A stretch of DNA of 64,000 bases from an uncultured Rubrobacteraceae bacterium (GCA_902806055.1 CADCVD010000154.1:2914-66913); one strand, 5' to 3'; positions 1-10,255 are shown, counted from the first letter of the stretch. Numbers and translations: made by a program. Notes: a model not told the origin generated them from the sequence alone.

Positions 1-240
1 CATCGCTACGTCCCGCTCCCTCGGGGGCAGGTCGTTTACCACGTTGTCCCCAATAAAGACCTTGCCCTTGGAGATGTCTTCGAGGCCCGCGATCATGCGT
101 AGCGCCGTTGACTTGCCGCAGCCCGAAGGCCCCACGAAGACGACGAACTCGCCGTCTTTTATATCGAGGCTCATACTATCCACGGCGAGCACGTCCTCAC
201 CATAGATCTTGCTGACTTCCTCCATCGTGACTTCCGCCAC
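1..240 (-). CDS. Sugar ABC transporter ATP-binding protein (MsiK/UgpC family), N-terminal part; runs off the window edge
   Basis: Manual translation from GTG 240: [54 protein letters not shown] (Walker A); SD AGGAGG upstream. Confidence 0.9.
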   Translation of the reverse strand, partial: MAEVTMEEVSKIYGEDVLAVDSMSLDIKDGEFVVFVGPSGCGKSTALRMIAGLEDISKGKVFIGDNVVNDLPPRERDVAM

Positions 241-346
241 CTCGAAACCTCCTAACGTGCGGGACCTCTTACGCCTCGCCTCGAAACTCGGCTGGCCCTC
301 AGAAAGCCCGACTCACCCCTTTACCGCCCCCTATTCTACCTGAACG

Positions 347-1495
347 CTAATCCTCACTGTAGAGCAGGTAACGGTTTTTGATATTTCTGATACGTTCAAC
401 GGAGGCTTGTATACGTTCGGGCGGTATCTCCCCGGACTCTACGGCGTTCACGACCGCGTCGTAGGCTGCTGCCTGCTCCTCGGGGGGACCGGAGACCATG
501 AGTAGATCCACGCCGGCCTTTGCGGCTTCTACCGCCGCTTCGGCGGTTGTGCCGCCGCGCCGGGCGCCCTCCATCACCAGATCGTCCGTAACGATCACGC
601 CGTCGAACCCGAGCTCTCCCCGCAGCAGCTCTACAGCCGCGGGCGAGAGGCTCGCGGGCATGGTCGGGTCGAGCGCCGGATATACGAGGTGACCGAGCAT
701 TACCATCGGCACCCCTGCCTCGACCGCCGCCCTAAACGGGGGCAGGTCGCTATTCAGGACAATCTCCATATCGTGGTTTACCGTTGGCAGGGCGACGTGG
801 GAGTCTGCGAGGGCGGGGCCATGGTTCGGGAAGTGCTTCGCCGCTGAAACTACTCCCGCTCTCTCGAAGCCCTCTATGGAAGCCGCTCCCATAATGGCGA
901 CGAGAGCCGGGTCCGCGCCGTAAGAGCGGCTCCCTATGGCGGCGCCCGAACCGGTATCGACTACGGGAGCGAGGTCCGTGTTCACGCCGCTCCGCAGCAG
1001 CTCTCGTCCTATCTCCTCCGAAATTCGGCGCGCCTCCTCCGGTTCTCCCCTCTCACCCACCTCTGCCGCCGACGGCTGCTCCGATACCCAAGGAGCTCCC
1101 TGCACCTCTCCGCCTTCATGGTCCGCTGCGACGAGTAGAGGAATGGCTGGGCCGGTGCTCGTGGCGAGCCGTTGCAGGGCGTCCGTGAGGCTCTTTGTCT
1201 GCTCCTCGCTCTGCAGGCTGTGCCCGAGTAGCAACACGCCGCCGACGTTACGCTCCCGGACCATCTTCTCGATGTAGTAGTCCGGCTCCGTCCCGCCCAG
1301 GCCGACGATGAACATCTGCCCTACCGCGTCGCGCATGCTCAACCTCTCGGCCTCCTCAGTAGTCTCCGCTGTCCCGGCGCTGGGCTCCTCCGACGCTTCC
1401 TTGGTAGGCGACGGCTGTCCCCCACACCCGGTGAACGCGGTTAGGGAGACCACTAGCGCGTAGAGCAGGAGATGAAACGAGCGTCTCGTCCTCAA
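347..1495 (-). CDS. GH3 beta-N-acetylhexosaminidase (NagZ-like), probable lipoprotein
   Basis: DHEGG, KHFPNHG..DSH, GFDGVIVTDDL motifs; signal peptide with FTGC lipobox. Confidence 0.88.
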   Translation of the reverse strand: MRTRRSFHLLLYALVVSLTAFTGCGGQPSPTKEASEEPSAGTAETTEEAERLSMRDAVGQMFIVGLGGTEPDYYIEKMVRERNVGGVLLLGHSLQSEEQTKSLTDALQRLATSTGPAIPLLVAADHEGGEVQGAPWVSEQPSAAEVGERGEPEEARRISEEIGRELLRSGVNTDLAPVVDTGSGAAIGSRSYGADPALVAIMGAASIEGFERAGVVSAAKHFPNHGPALADSHVALPTVNHDMEIVLNSDLPPFRAAVEAGVPMVMLGHLVYPALDPTMPASLSPAAVELLRGELGFDGVIVTDDLVMEGARRGGTTAEAAVEAAKAGVDLLMVSGPPEEQAAAYDAVVNAVESGEIPPERIQASVERIRNIKNRYLLYSED

Positions 1496-1572
1496 GCTCC
1501 TCCGTTCCGGGTAGCGGGCGGTTCAAGTTTACTGCTGAGACCCAGGCGAGTCTCGGGTATCCTTATTTTGAT

Positions 1573-2949
1573 GTGATCGAGCTATCCTACGATTCCGGCA
1601 CCCTCGTCGCCTGCGGCGGCAAGCCGCCGGAACCCTTCGTGTGGGACAAACGTACCGAACAGTGGCGGGCCCCAGCGGGCGCTTACCGCGAGACGGTGCT
1701 GGCTCTGCGCGAGGGGGAGGCTACCTACGAGGATCGAGCCGCCCGCTTCGAGAAGCTCTCCCTGGAGTCACGCGTGGCGATGGAGCCGCGCCCCTACCAA
1801 AGAGAGGCCCTGAACGCTTGGCGGCGCGGAGGTTTGCGAGGGGTTGTAGTGCTGCCGACCGGCGCGGGCAAGACGGCCGTCGCCGTCCGGGCCATCGAAC
1901 GGACGGAGAGGAGCACGCTGGTCGTGGTGCCCACGCTCGCCCTCCTAAAGCAGTGGTACTCGATACTCTCGGACTCGTTCGGCCATTCGGTGCCGGTCGG
2001 GCTTCTGGGCGGCGGGTACCACGAGGTGACATCTCTGACCGTTACGACCTACGACTCTGCGTACATCCATGCGGAGAGGTACGGAGACATGTTCGCGCTC
2101 GTGATCTACGACGAGGTACACCATCTGCCCTCACCGAAGTATGCGGTGATCCCCAAGATGCTCCTCGCCCCCTACTCTCTCGGCCTCACCGCGACCCCGG
2201 AGCGTCCCGACGGCGGGCACGAGATGTTACCCGAGCTCGCCGGCCCCGTCGTGTACAGGCGCTCGCCGGAGGACCTGGCCGGCACGTACCTTGCGCCCTT
2301 CGAGACGGTGCGTATCCCCGTGGAGTTGACCGCCGTCGAACGGGTCGAGTATGCGGAGGCGGACGCGGTGTACAGGGACTTCCTAAGCAAGCACCGCCTC
2401 TCGATGCGCTCGCCAGAGGACTGGCAGAGGTTCATTATGGTCGCGTCCACGAGCCACTCGGGGGGAAGGGAGGCGCTGCTGGCGGCGCGTCGGAGGCGGG
2501 AGATCCGGGCAAACGCCGAACGTAAGGGCGCGACGCTTGAGAGCCTGCTCAAGCAACACTGGCACGACCGTACCATCGTGTTCACGAAGAGCGTCGAAGA
2601 GGTATACGCGCTCTCGAAGAGGTTCCTCGTGCCCGGCATAACCTATGAGACCCCGGCCCGGGAGCGCAAAGAGATCCTGGACCGCTTCCGGGAGGGCCGC
2701 TACCGGGCGGTTATAGCCTCGGATGTGCTGAACGAGGGCGTCGACGTGCCGGAGGCGAACGTCGCCGTGATCCTGGCCGGCAGCGCCTCCCACCGCGAGT
2801 ACGTCCAGCGTCTCGGCCGGGTCCTCCGCCCGCGCGAAGGCAAGAGGGCTATCCTTTACGAGCTCGTCACCGGAGGCACCGGCGAGGAGGCCGCCTCGCG
2901 CCGCCGCCGGGAGCCCATCGCGGCAGCCCATCCGGAGACATCTCTCTAA
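1573..2949 (+). CDS. XPB/Rad25-like superfamily II DNA helicase
   Basis: PRPYQ, LPTGAGKT, DEVHH, GLTATPER, LNEGVDVP, QRLGRVLR. Confidence 0.9.
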   Translation: MIELSYDSGTLVACGGKPPEPFVWDKRTEQWRAPAGAYRETVLALREGEATYEDRAARFEKLSLESRVAMEPRPYQREALNAWRRGGLRGVVVLPTGAGKTAVAVRAIERTERSTLVVVPTLALLKQWYSILSDSFGHSVPVGLLGGGYHEVTSLTVTTYDSAYIHAERYGDMFALVIYDEVHHLPSPKYAVIPKMLLAPYSLGLTATPERPDGGHEMLPELAGPVVYRRSPEDLAGTYLAPFETVRIPVELTAVERVEYAEADAVYRDFLSKHRLSMRSPEDWQRFIMVASTSHSGGREALLAARRRREIRANAERKGATLESLLKQHWHDRTIVFTKSVEEVYALSKRFLVPGITYETPARERKEILDRFREGRYRAVIASDVLNEGVDVPEANVAVILAGSASHREYVQRLGRVLRPREGKRAILYELVTGGTGEEAASRRRREPIAAAHPETSL

Positions 2950-4217
2950 TGCTCCGCGGCGAGCACGTCATGGCTCGCCTGCTGCGCGGTCGGCTCGTCC
3001 CTCACCGGCTCTCGCCCGACGACGAACACGCCCGGGAGGTCGCCGGGACGCTCGTGAACCTCTACACAAGCCATCTGGGTAAGGCCAGGGCAGAGCTTGA
3101 AGAAGAGCTGTCTCTCCTGGAGGAGGAGCTCGGGCCGCGCCTCGACGCCCGGCGCGGATTCAAGATTTTACGCGGGCTCGCCAAGCTCCTCGAAGAGAGG
3201 TCGGAATGGGCGCCGCCGACAGAGGCAGACCCGTACACCCTGCGAACCCGTCTCTTCGAGCTCAGCGCAACACTCCCCGAGCTACCGTTGGCTACGGGCA
3301 ACCTCCTCAAAGGCGGTACCCGCGAGGACGTGCTCGCACGAGTCTCGACGGAGACCGGGATAGAGAACCCGGTCGCCCTGATGTACGCCGACCGGCAGGG
3401 AGCGCAGCTCCTCGCCGGGTTCGACCCGCCCTCCGCCAAAGCTCTGATCTCTCGCTACAACGTCGCGCAGGTGCAGGGCGTACTCTACTCCGCGAGAGAC
3501 CTGACCGTAGACCTCGGGAGCGACGCCGACGCCCGGCTCGTCTTTCACTACGTGAAGCTCTTGGGTCTGATCTACACCCTCGAGCCTACCCCTAAAGGCC
3601 ACCGCCTCCGCCTCGACGGTCCGCTCTCCCTCTTTGGCGGCACCCGCAAGTACGGCCTCCGTCTCGCAAAACTCCTCCCCGGCCTCCTCCTCACCGCCCC
3701 CTGGACCCTCCACGCCAACGTCTCCTGGAAGGGCCGCGAAGCGAGTCTGGAGCTAACGTCTGAGACTCCGGGGCTCGCGAGCCACTACAAGGGCCTCTCC
3801 GACACCGGCGAAGCAGACGTACGCGGGGCTTTTCGCAAAGCGTGGGAGCGGGCGAAAGATAAGGGCGAGTGGGAGATCGAAGAAGGAACAGGGGTTATCC
3901 CGGTTCCGCCGCTCAAGGCCGCGCTCGTCCCGGACTTCGCGTTCCGAAACGCCGCAACGAACGAGAGCGTTTACCTGGAGATACTGGGCTTCTGGTCCGA
4001 GCGGTACCTGGTGGAGCGGGCCACGCTCCTCCGGGAGGCTGCGAAGCGCGGTCACCGCATCCTCGTCGCCGCGCCCGAATCGTTGGGCGCTTCGGTCGAA
4101 ACACTCTCCGAGGCGACGCGGGGCTACGTAATTCCCTTCAAGAGCCGTTTGGACGCGAAGTCCGTGCTCGCGGCGCTCGGCGGGAAAGATACGTCCGAAG
4201 CTACAATGGAAGGATGA
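2949..4217 (+). CDS. DUF790 family (Bax1-like) nuclease
   Basis: RYNVAQVQG, LDGPLSLF..TRKYGLRLA, PDF...YLEILGFW; 1-bp overlap (TAATG) with the helicase. Confidence 0.85.
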   Translation: MLRGEHVMARLLRGRLVPHRLSPDDEHAREVAGTLVNLYTSHLGKARAELEEELSLLEEELGPRLDARRGFKILRGLAKLLEERSEWAPPTEADPYTLRTRLFELSATLPELPLATGNLLKGGTREDVLARVSTETGIENPVALMYADRQGAQLLAGFDPPSAKALISRYNVAQVQGVLYSARDLTVDLGSDADARLVFHYVKLLGLIYTLEPTPKGHRLRLDGPLSLFGGTRKYGLRLAKLLPGLLLTAPWTLHANVSWKGREASLELTSETPGLASHYKGLSDTGEADVRGAFRKAWERAKDKGEWEIEEGTGVIPVPPLKAALVPDFAFRNAATNESVYLEILGFWSERYLVERATLLREAAKRGHRILVAAPESLGASVETLSEATRGYVIPFKSRLDAKSVLAALGGKDTSEATMEG

Positions 4218-4657
4218 GCAAGGACACCAGGTCGCTCCTGGTACTCACCGTGGGCTACACCTTCGCGGCCGTCCTCTTCGGGTTCGGAGCGAACGTGTTC
4301 TCCTTCCGAAGCGCCTACGAGGAACTCGGGCGGGAGACCTTGATACAGGCGACCTCCACCTTCGTCTACCTGGGGCTGGCCCTGCTCTTGGTCTTCAAAG
4401 GCGGTTGGAAAGGTGTCCTGGCGACGCTCTTCATGATGGTCGGGGCCACGGCGATCATCTGGGCGCTCTTCCCCCTCTCCCTCGGCCTGGCCGGTGTCGG
4501 CGACCCGGGAGGCTACGCGGAGAGGTTCGCGAGGCCCTGGCCCTCTTACTCGAACTGGGCCGTGTTCGACATCGTCTTCGTCGGCATCGCCGCCGCCTTC
4601 GCCCAGGGCCTTAGGCTCATGGCCCACGTCAACCCCAAGGGCCGCCGGGACGAGTAA
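4214..4657 (+). CDS. Hypothetical membrane protein (about 4 TM)
   Basis: ATG 4214 (MSKDTRSLLVL...), hydrophobic segments, TACAAT 6 nt upstream. Confidence 0.7.
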   Translation: MSKDTRSLLVLTVGYTFAAVLFGFGANVFSFRSAYEELGRETLIQATSTFVYLGLALLLVFKGGWKGVLATLFMMVGATAIIWALFPLSLGLAGVGDPGGYAERFARPWPSYSNWAVFDIVFVGIAAAFAQGLRLMAHVNPKGRRDE

Positions 4658-4901
4658 CTTCGATCTCCTCGTCCTCGTCGACATCCAGGAGAAAGACCTC
4701 ACCCTTCGCGTTGAAGTCGTACGCCTCCCGGGACAACTTCCCCTTCTCCGAGTCCTCGACCTCCACGTCCGTGACCAGCCTCCCCCGCCCCTCGCACCGC
4801 TTGCAGGGGAGCGGACGCCACGAAGCCCCATCATCCCCGCGCCCCTCGCAGTTGGGGCAAGCACGGAAGCCTGTATAACGAATCGTCAGCTTCTTGACCA
4901 T
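4629..4901 (-). CDS. Small protein with DnaJ-type zinc-finger motifs
   Basis: CPNCEGRG and CKRCEGRG; GGAG SD. Confidence 0.7.
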   Translation of the reverse strand: MVKKLTIRYTGFRACPNCEGRGDDGASWRPLPCKRCEGRGRLVTDVEVEDSEKGKLSREAYDFNAKGEVFLLDVDEDEEIEVTRPGGPWG

Positions 4902-5053
4902 CTCCGCTCTCTAACACGACAATGTCTCAGTGCATCAGCTTTGGGTTAGCGCTACTGTAAAACGTTCGCTAGCAACGTGCTCCATTCTCGGTCGCTCTCT
5001 AGGTTAGACCGGTTTGTCACCGCATACGGCCTGCCTGACTAGCTGTCGGCTAA

Positions 5054-6337
5054 CTAGCTCTCCAATCGCCAACTACCCTGGTAGGAGATCTGCTCTTGCG
5101 AGAGCTCTTCGGGCTCTACGCCTAAAGAAGCGAGCTTGGCACGGGCTACGCACTCGTCGATCTCGGTCGGTACCGGGTGGAGGCCGGGCCGCATGCTGAC
5201 GGCGTTCGTCGCGAGGTGGTGCGCGGCGAGGGCCTGGATGGCGAAGGTGAGGTCCATTATCTCAACCGGATGCCCGTCCCCGGCGGCGATGTTCACGAGT
5301 CTCCCCCTGGCCAGAACGTGCAGCCGCCGCCCGTCGGGCATCTCGTACTCCGTGACGTTCTCGCGCACCTCGCGCGCATCTACCGACATCTCCCTCAACG
5401 CCGAAAGGTCGAACTCGTGGTCGTAGTGTCCGGCGTTGGCGAGTAACACCCCGCCCTTCATCCTCTCGAAGTGCTCGCGGGCAAGGACTTTCAGGTTTCC
5501 CGTACCGGTAAGGAAGACGTCTCCAATCTCCGCCGCCTGCAGCGAATTCATAACCTCGTAGCCCTCGGCATAGGCTTCGAGGAGCTTGACCGGGTCCGGA
5601 TCGCAGACGATGACGCGGGCGCCGAGACCGTCAGCGTACTTGGCCAGGCCGCGTCCTACCCAGCCGAAGCCCATCACCACGACCGCCTTACCGCTGATAA
5701 AGAGGTTGGTATTGGCGAGCAGGGCGACGAGCGAGGAGTGGCCGGTGCCGTAGCGATTGTCGAAGAGGTGCTTCATGCGGGCGTCGTTGGCGGCGAGCAC
5801 CGGGAAGGGCAGGGCGCCTTCCGCCTCCATCGCCCTGAGCTTGAGGATGCCGGTCGTCGTCTCCTCCGACGCGCCGACAACATTCCCGACGAGGTCTGGG
5901 TGGTGCTCGACGAGCCTCCCCACGAGTTCCGCCCCGTCATCTATTAGTATCTCGGGGCCGGTCGCCAGGGTCCGGTGCAGATAGTATTCAAACTCTTCGT
6001 CGGTCGGGTCGTGAGTCGCGAAGGTCCGCACCCCCCGCTCGGCCAAGGCGGCGCAGACATCGTCCTGGGTGGAGAGCGGGTTGCTACCGGCGACCGTGAC
6101 GTCTGCTCCGGCCTTCGCGAGCAACAAGGCCAGGTACGCCGTCTTCGCCTCCAGGTGGATAGTCATGGCGACCCTTCTCCCCCGCAAACTGCCGTCGGCG
6201 AGTTGCGCCTCCGAGATAGCGTTTAGCACAGGTGAGTGCTGGGCGACCCAGTCGATCTTGCGATGCCCCTCTGGAGCGAGCGCCGGATCCTTTATGATCG
6301 ATTCCTTACGCAAGTCCGAGCCTCCAAAGTCAGTCAT
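5054..6337 (-). CDS. ahcY: Adenosylhomocysteinase (SAH/SIH hydrolase)
   Basis: SNPLSTQD, DDG, EETTTG, KHLFDNRYGTG, GFGWVGRG, GRLVN, GHP. Confidence 0.95.
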   Translation of the reverse strand: MTDFGGSDLRKESIIKDPALAPEGHRKIDWVAQHSPVLNAISEAQLADGSLRGRRVAMTIHLEAKTAYLALLLAKAGADVTVAGSNPLSTQDDVCAALAERGVRTFATHDPTDEEFEYYLHRTLATGPEILIDDGAELVGRLVEHHPDLVGNVVGASEETTTGILKLRAMEAEGALPFPVLAANDARMKHLFDNRYGTGHSSLVALLANTNLFISGKAVVVMGFGWVGRGLAKYADGLGARVIVCDPDPVKLLEAYAEGYEVMNSLQAAEIGDVFLTGTGNLKVLAREHFERMKGGVLLANAGHYDHEFDLSALREMSVDAREVRENVTEYEMPDGRRLHVLARGRLVNIAAGDGHPVEIMDLTFAIQALAAHHLATNAVSMRPGLHPVPTEIDECVARAKLASLGVEPEELSQEQISYQGSWRLES

Positions 6338-7209
6338 TCTGGCCTACGCCTCTCCCCGAGTATCCTCGCGAGCAGTTCCGGACGGTTGGTCATTATGACG
6401 TCTACGCCGAGATCTAGGAGACGGCGCATCTCCCGCGCGTCGTCTATCGTCCAGACGTCCACGCGCAAGCCCCGGCCGTGAGCAGCCGCCAGAAAGCGCG
6501 GCGTGACGAGCTCGTGCCTCCCGTACCTGACCGGTACCTGAAGGGCGGCATAGGCGGGACGCAGGAGGTACTCCAGGCGCAGCCTGCTCAGGCGATAGAA
6601 TATACTGATCTCTCGCCGCGACGCCCCCGTCGAGACTTTGCCTCCGGACAGCCTCCGAAAGCGCCTCGTGACGTCCGGCATCTCGGAGACGACCAGCGTA
6701 CGCTCCTCAGCATCCGCTTCTTCTATGGTACTGAGAACGGTCGCCTCAATACCCGGGCGAGCCTCCTTTATGTCTATGTTTACCTTGTAGTCCGGGAGCT
6801 TGCGTAAGACCTCCCCGAGCTCCGGCACCCGCACCCCTCGGCCCCGGTACGGGTACGTCACGCCCCCGTCCGGCGTAAAGCGATAGCCCGCGTCGAGGAT
6901 CTGCACCTCCCGGAGCGTCATCTCGCGCACGAACCCTGTGCCATCAGTGGTGCGGTCTACGAGATCGTCGTGGATCACGGCTAAGCGCCCGTCCGAGGTC
7001 AAGTGAACGTCTAGCTCCAGCCCCCCGGCTTCGGAGGCCAGACGAAAAGCTTCGAGCGTGTTCTCCGGCGCTCTGAGCGAGGCGCCGCGATGGGCGAAGT
7101 TGAGCGGCCAACTGTTATCCCGGCGAACCGCCCTTCCTCGATGAAGGGCGACGATTACGCCCCCTCCGATACAAGCTGCGAAGACCGCGAACACCCGCTT
7201 TCCGTTCAT
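6334..7209 (-). CDS. Glycerophosphodiester phosphodiesterase
   Basis: AHRGAS..APENTLEAF, LELDVHLTSDG, HD..VDRTT, WTID. Confidence 0.92.
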   Translation of the reverse strand: MNGKRVFAVFAACIGGGVIVALHRGRAVRRDNSWPLNFAHRGASLRAPENTLEAFRLASEAGGLELDVHLTSDGRLAVIHDDLVDRTTDGTGFVREMTLREVQILDAGYRFTPDGGVTYPYRGRGVRVPELGEVLRKLPDYKVNIDIKEARPGIEATVLSTIEEADAEERTLVVSEMPDVTRRFRRLSGGKVSTGASRREISIFYRLSRLRLEYLLRPAYAALQVPVRYGRHELVTPRFLAAAHGRGLRVDVWTIDDAREMRRLLDLGVDVIMTNRPELLARILGERRRPE

Positions 7210-7326
7210 CCCAGGAACTTAGCACACGCCGGGGGAGCAGACGCGGCGGGAGGCGGGATCTGGCGACGCCGGGGCGCTTCCCTTAGACTATGCCGGGCCG
7301 TACAAGAGAACGTACTAGGAGGACGG

Positions 7327-8109
7327 ATGGCGGGGCTTCTGGAGGGCAAGAAGGTGCTGGTCACAGGGGTTTTAGACCGGCGATCCATCGCCTACTCTGC
7401 GGCGCGGCTCGCGGCCGAGCAGGGCGCGCAGATCGCCCTTAGCGGCTTCGGCAGGGCTATGAGCCTGACCAGACGCACCGCCAAACGCCTGGGAGACCCC
7501 GAGCCCCCCGTTCTGGAGCTCGACGTCAACAAGCCGGAGGACATAGAGTCCGTCGCCAGGGACCTAGAGGAACGCTGGGGTGAGCTCGACGGTATCGTCC
7601 ACGCCATAGCCTTCGCCCCCGAAGACGCCCTCGGCGGTAACTTTCTCTCCGCTGAATGGCCCTCCGTCGCCACCGCCGTACAGACCTCCGCCTACTCCTT
7701 AAAGGCGCTCTCCGTCGGCCTTATGGACCTGATGAAGCCAGGCTCCTCCGTCGTCGGCCTCGACTTTGACGCGCGTGTCGCCTGGCCCGCCTACGACTGG
7801 ATGGGCGTTGCCAAAGCGGCTCTGGAGTCCACTTCCCGTTACCTCGCCCGAGATCTGGGTCCGAGAGGCATCCGGGTCAACCTCATCTCTGCCGGACCGT
7901 TGAGGACGCTGGCGGCGAAAGGCATCTCCGGCTTTGAGGGTATAGAGGGCGAGTGGGAGCGGCAGGCCCCCCTTAGCTGGAGCACCGCCGACCCCGAGCC
8001 CGTCGGTCGAGCGGTCGTGAGCCTCCTGAGCGACTGGTGGCCTGCGACTACGGGAGAACTGATACACGTGGACGGCGGATACCACGCGATGGGCGCCCCT
8101 ATCAAATAA
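7327..8109 (+). CDS. fabI: Enoyl-ACP reductase (FabI/InhA)
   Basis: Start ATG 7327 after AGGAGG; SIA, HAIAFAP, YDWMGVAKAALE, HVDGG. Confidence 0.93.
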   Translation: MAGLLEGKKVLVTGVLDRRSIAYSAARLAAEQGAQIALSGFGRAMSLTRRTAKRLGDPEPPVLELDVNKPEDIESVARDLEERWGELDGIVHAIAFAPEDALGGNFLSAEWPSVATAVQTSAYSLKALSVGLMDLMKPGSSVVGLDFDARVAWPAYDWMGVAKAALESTSRYLARDLGPRGIRVNLISAGPLRTLAAKGISGFEGIEGEWERQAPLSWSTADPEPVGRAVVSLLSDWWPATTGELIHVDGGYHAMGAPIK

Positions 8110-8402
8110 CGAGCGCGACACGGAGGATATGCGTCCAAGCCTCCTCGATACGGCAGGCCGGTTACCCGCTACCGGCACTCTCCGGGGGTATCGCCGTGCC
8201 GCACATGAACGTCTAGCACAGACGCGCCGAACATAATCGTCTTCTTGTCCTTGTGGCAGGCTCCTTCAAACCTAACCGCGAAGCGCATAGCGGGATCCAG
8301 GCTGTGGGTGAAATCGGGCTGGCGGTAAATGCCCTTCTGTCGCGTGCTTCCGATGCGCGGCGGCCTCAGCCGACCAGCGCAGGGCCGGGTGTTCGGAATC
8401 TG

Positions 8403-8888
8403 CTACAGGTTCTTGAAGTACCTGGCTATCGGTAGGTGGACGTAGCCGGCCTTCTCGTATGTGCGGCGCGCCGCGGCATGTCCGGGGTCTCCTCCCGTCT
8501 CGACCGTTGCTACCGTCATCCCGGCGTCTTTGAGCATGTCGAGCGCGAACTCGGTCAGGGCGGTTCCGATGCCGCCGCCCTGGTAGTCGGGGTCAACGGC
8601 CAGCATGGAGATCTCACCCATGCTGCGCTCGGGATGATGAAGCTCGACCGCCACGAAGCCGACGGCGCTCGCACCTATCTCAGCGACCCACACTCGCCCC
8701 TTTTTCGCGGCGCAGACGTCCTCCACCGCCCGCCGCTGATCTTCTCGCCAGGCAGGATGCTGTCGCCTGAAAATCTCGGAACCCAACGCCTGCTCAAGGG
8801 ATGCGAAGACCGGCACCCACGCCCGCAGCGAGAGGTTGACAACCGCCTCGACGTCTCGATCCTCAAATGGTCGAATCCGTGGCCGCAT
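8403..8888 (-). CDS. GNAT family N-acetyltransferase
   Basis: LAVDPDYQGGGIGTAL acetyl-CoA motif; ARRTYEKAGY. Confidence 0.9.
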   Translation of the reverse strand: MRPRIRPFEDRDVEAVVNLSLRAWVPVFASLEQALGSEIFRRQHPAWREDQRRAVEDVCAAKKGRVWVAEIGASAVGFVAVELHHPERSMGEISMLAVDPDYQGGGIGTALTEFALDMLKDAGMTVATVETGGDPGHAAARRTYEKAGYVHLPIARYFKNL

Positions 8889-8989
8889 AGACTACACACC
8901 TCCTGACACCAACGAAAACCGAACTCGTCCGCACGATACGCGAGCCAAGATTCTACGCGCGGACGAATGATTGGGCATCACTCCACAGC

Positions 8990-9502
8990 TCATCGACGAA
9001 GCAGCATCGCGATCCTAGCAGCAAGGAGCTTCGTCAAAAACTTGAAGGGCCACGTCGGGTAACTGGGCACGTCGCTCGGAACATCGCCGTTCTCGGGCTT
9101 AAACCTTGTGTGGATACGCATCTGCAAGGGTGGAGCATCTCCCTGAAACCGTGCTCGGTAAATCGAAAACCAATGCCCTTTTTCATAGTTGAGGAACATG
9201 GCTGAGTTGCAGCATGTGGCAACGACTCTAGTCGTGGGCGATTCCTCTCTGATCTTGTAGCCCTGAAAGAACCGGGCTCCCCTTGAGCATTCGACGCGAT
9301 CCTTCCGGTAGAGTGCATATGCGCTCCCGCCATCGGCATCTCGAACGGGACGTGCGTTCGGGAGCGCTTCGATCTGACGGGCACCTTCCTGGCAATCGTC
9401 GCAGTAGCAGGCAACGCTCATGATAGGAGCGTCGCTCGCTTCGAGTTTAACGCTTCCGCATGCGCACTGAGCCGTCGTGCGGTTTTTCGGCGGTTCGGAC
9501 AT
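8990..9502 (-). CDS. GFA/CENP-V-like Zn-binding protein (DUF6151-like)
   Basis: CACG, CYCDDCQ, ATCCNS motifs. Confidence 0.8.
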   Translation of the reverse strand: MSEPPKNRTTAQCACGSVKLEASDAPIMSVACYCDDCQEGARQIEALPNARPVRDADGGSAYALYRKDRVECSRGARFFQGYKIREESPTTRVVATCCNSAMFLNYEKGHWFSIYRARFQGDAPPLQMRIHTRFKPENGDVPSDVPSYPTWPFKFLTKLLAARIAMLLRR

Positions 9503-9565
9503 CCGCTACTCCTATCCTCCTGATGCCTACCTCGTTATGGTACTGACACACCCCGTAAAATCCCT

Positions 9566-10230
9566 CCCTAACATAGTTTTATGCGGAACCGTCTCGGCTA
9601 GCTTGGCTGTAGGCGGCAGCCCTTAGAGAGCCGGACAGCCTGCGGCGCGGCTACGTCTGCTCCACCCTTGCTCCGTTCGGCCGCTCCAGAGATCGGCGGG
9701 TAGGCAGGCTGCCGCTTTGGGCGCGCGACCGAGGCGCGGCTCCTCCCCGCCGGCGAAGCTTGCATCAGGGAGTACGGCCCTCGCGCGGCCCAGGCTTGAC
9801 GTACGGGATTCCTGTATTAGCCTCGTGGCCCTCGGTTTGGCCGACAGCGTGGGTCTCGCTATGCGCCACGCTTCGTGGCCGAGGTTAGCTCCTTGTGGCA
9901 GACTGACACCTTCTCTTGAGCTTCGCCCTCCCCCTGTCTTCACCGCTTAAGTCGTCTTGGTTTTCTTCTCTACCCTTGCCCTCGGATTGCCTCTCCCTAC
10001 GCGACCGCTTCTGCGCAGGCACAGGAGGCAAGCCCTAGGCGAAACGAACTCGCTTTCTTGTCAGGGCTCATGGCTTCAGGAGCGCAAAATGGTTGCTGGC
10101 TACCGAAGACGCTTTCCTGAGCAAAGGTCATGCCGACGGTAGCGAGTAGAGGTAAGACCCGGGCCCTGAAGATTACCGCGCGACGCACAAACGGCCGGCT
10201 CTCTAAGTTCTGCGTAACGTTGCTGTAGGG
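9566..10230. repeat. Non-coding ~665-bp element bounded by nested inverted repeats
   Basis: Perfect 13-bp IR CTTAGAGAGCCGG 9622-9634 / CCGGCTCTCTAAG 10195-10207; imperfect outer IR 9566-9589 / 10207-10230; no credible ORF. Confidence 0.5.
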
Positions 10231-10255
10231 CTGTCGGCGGCGGCGATGGAAAGCT

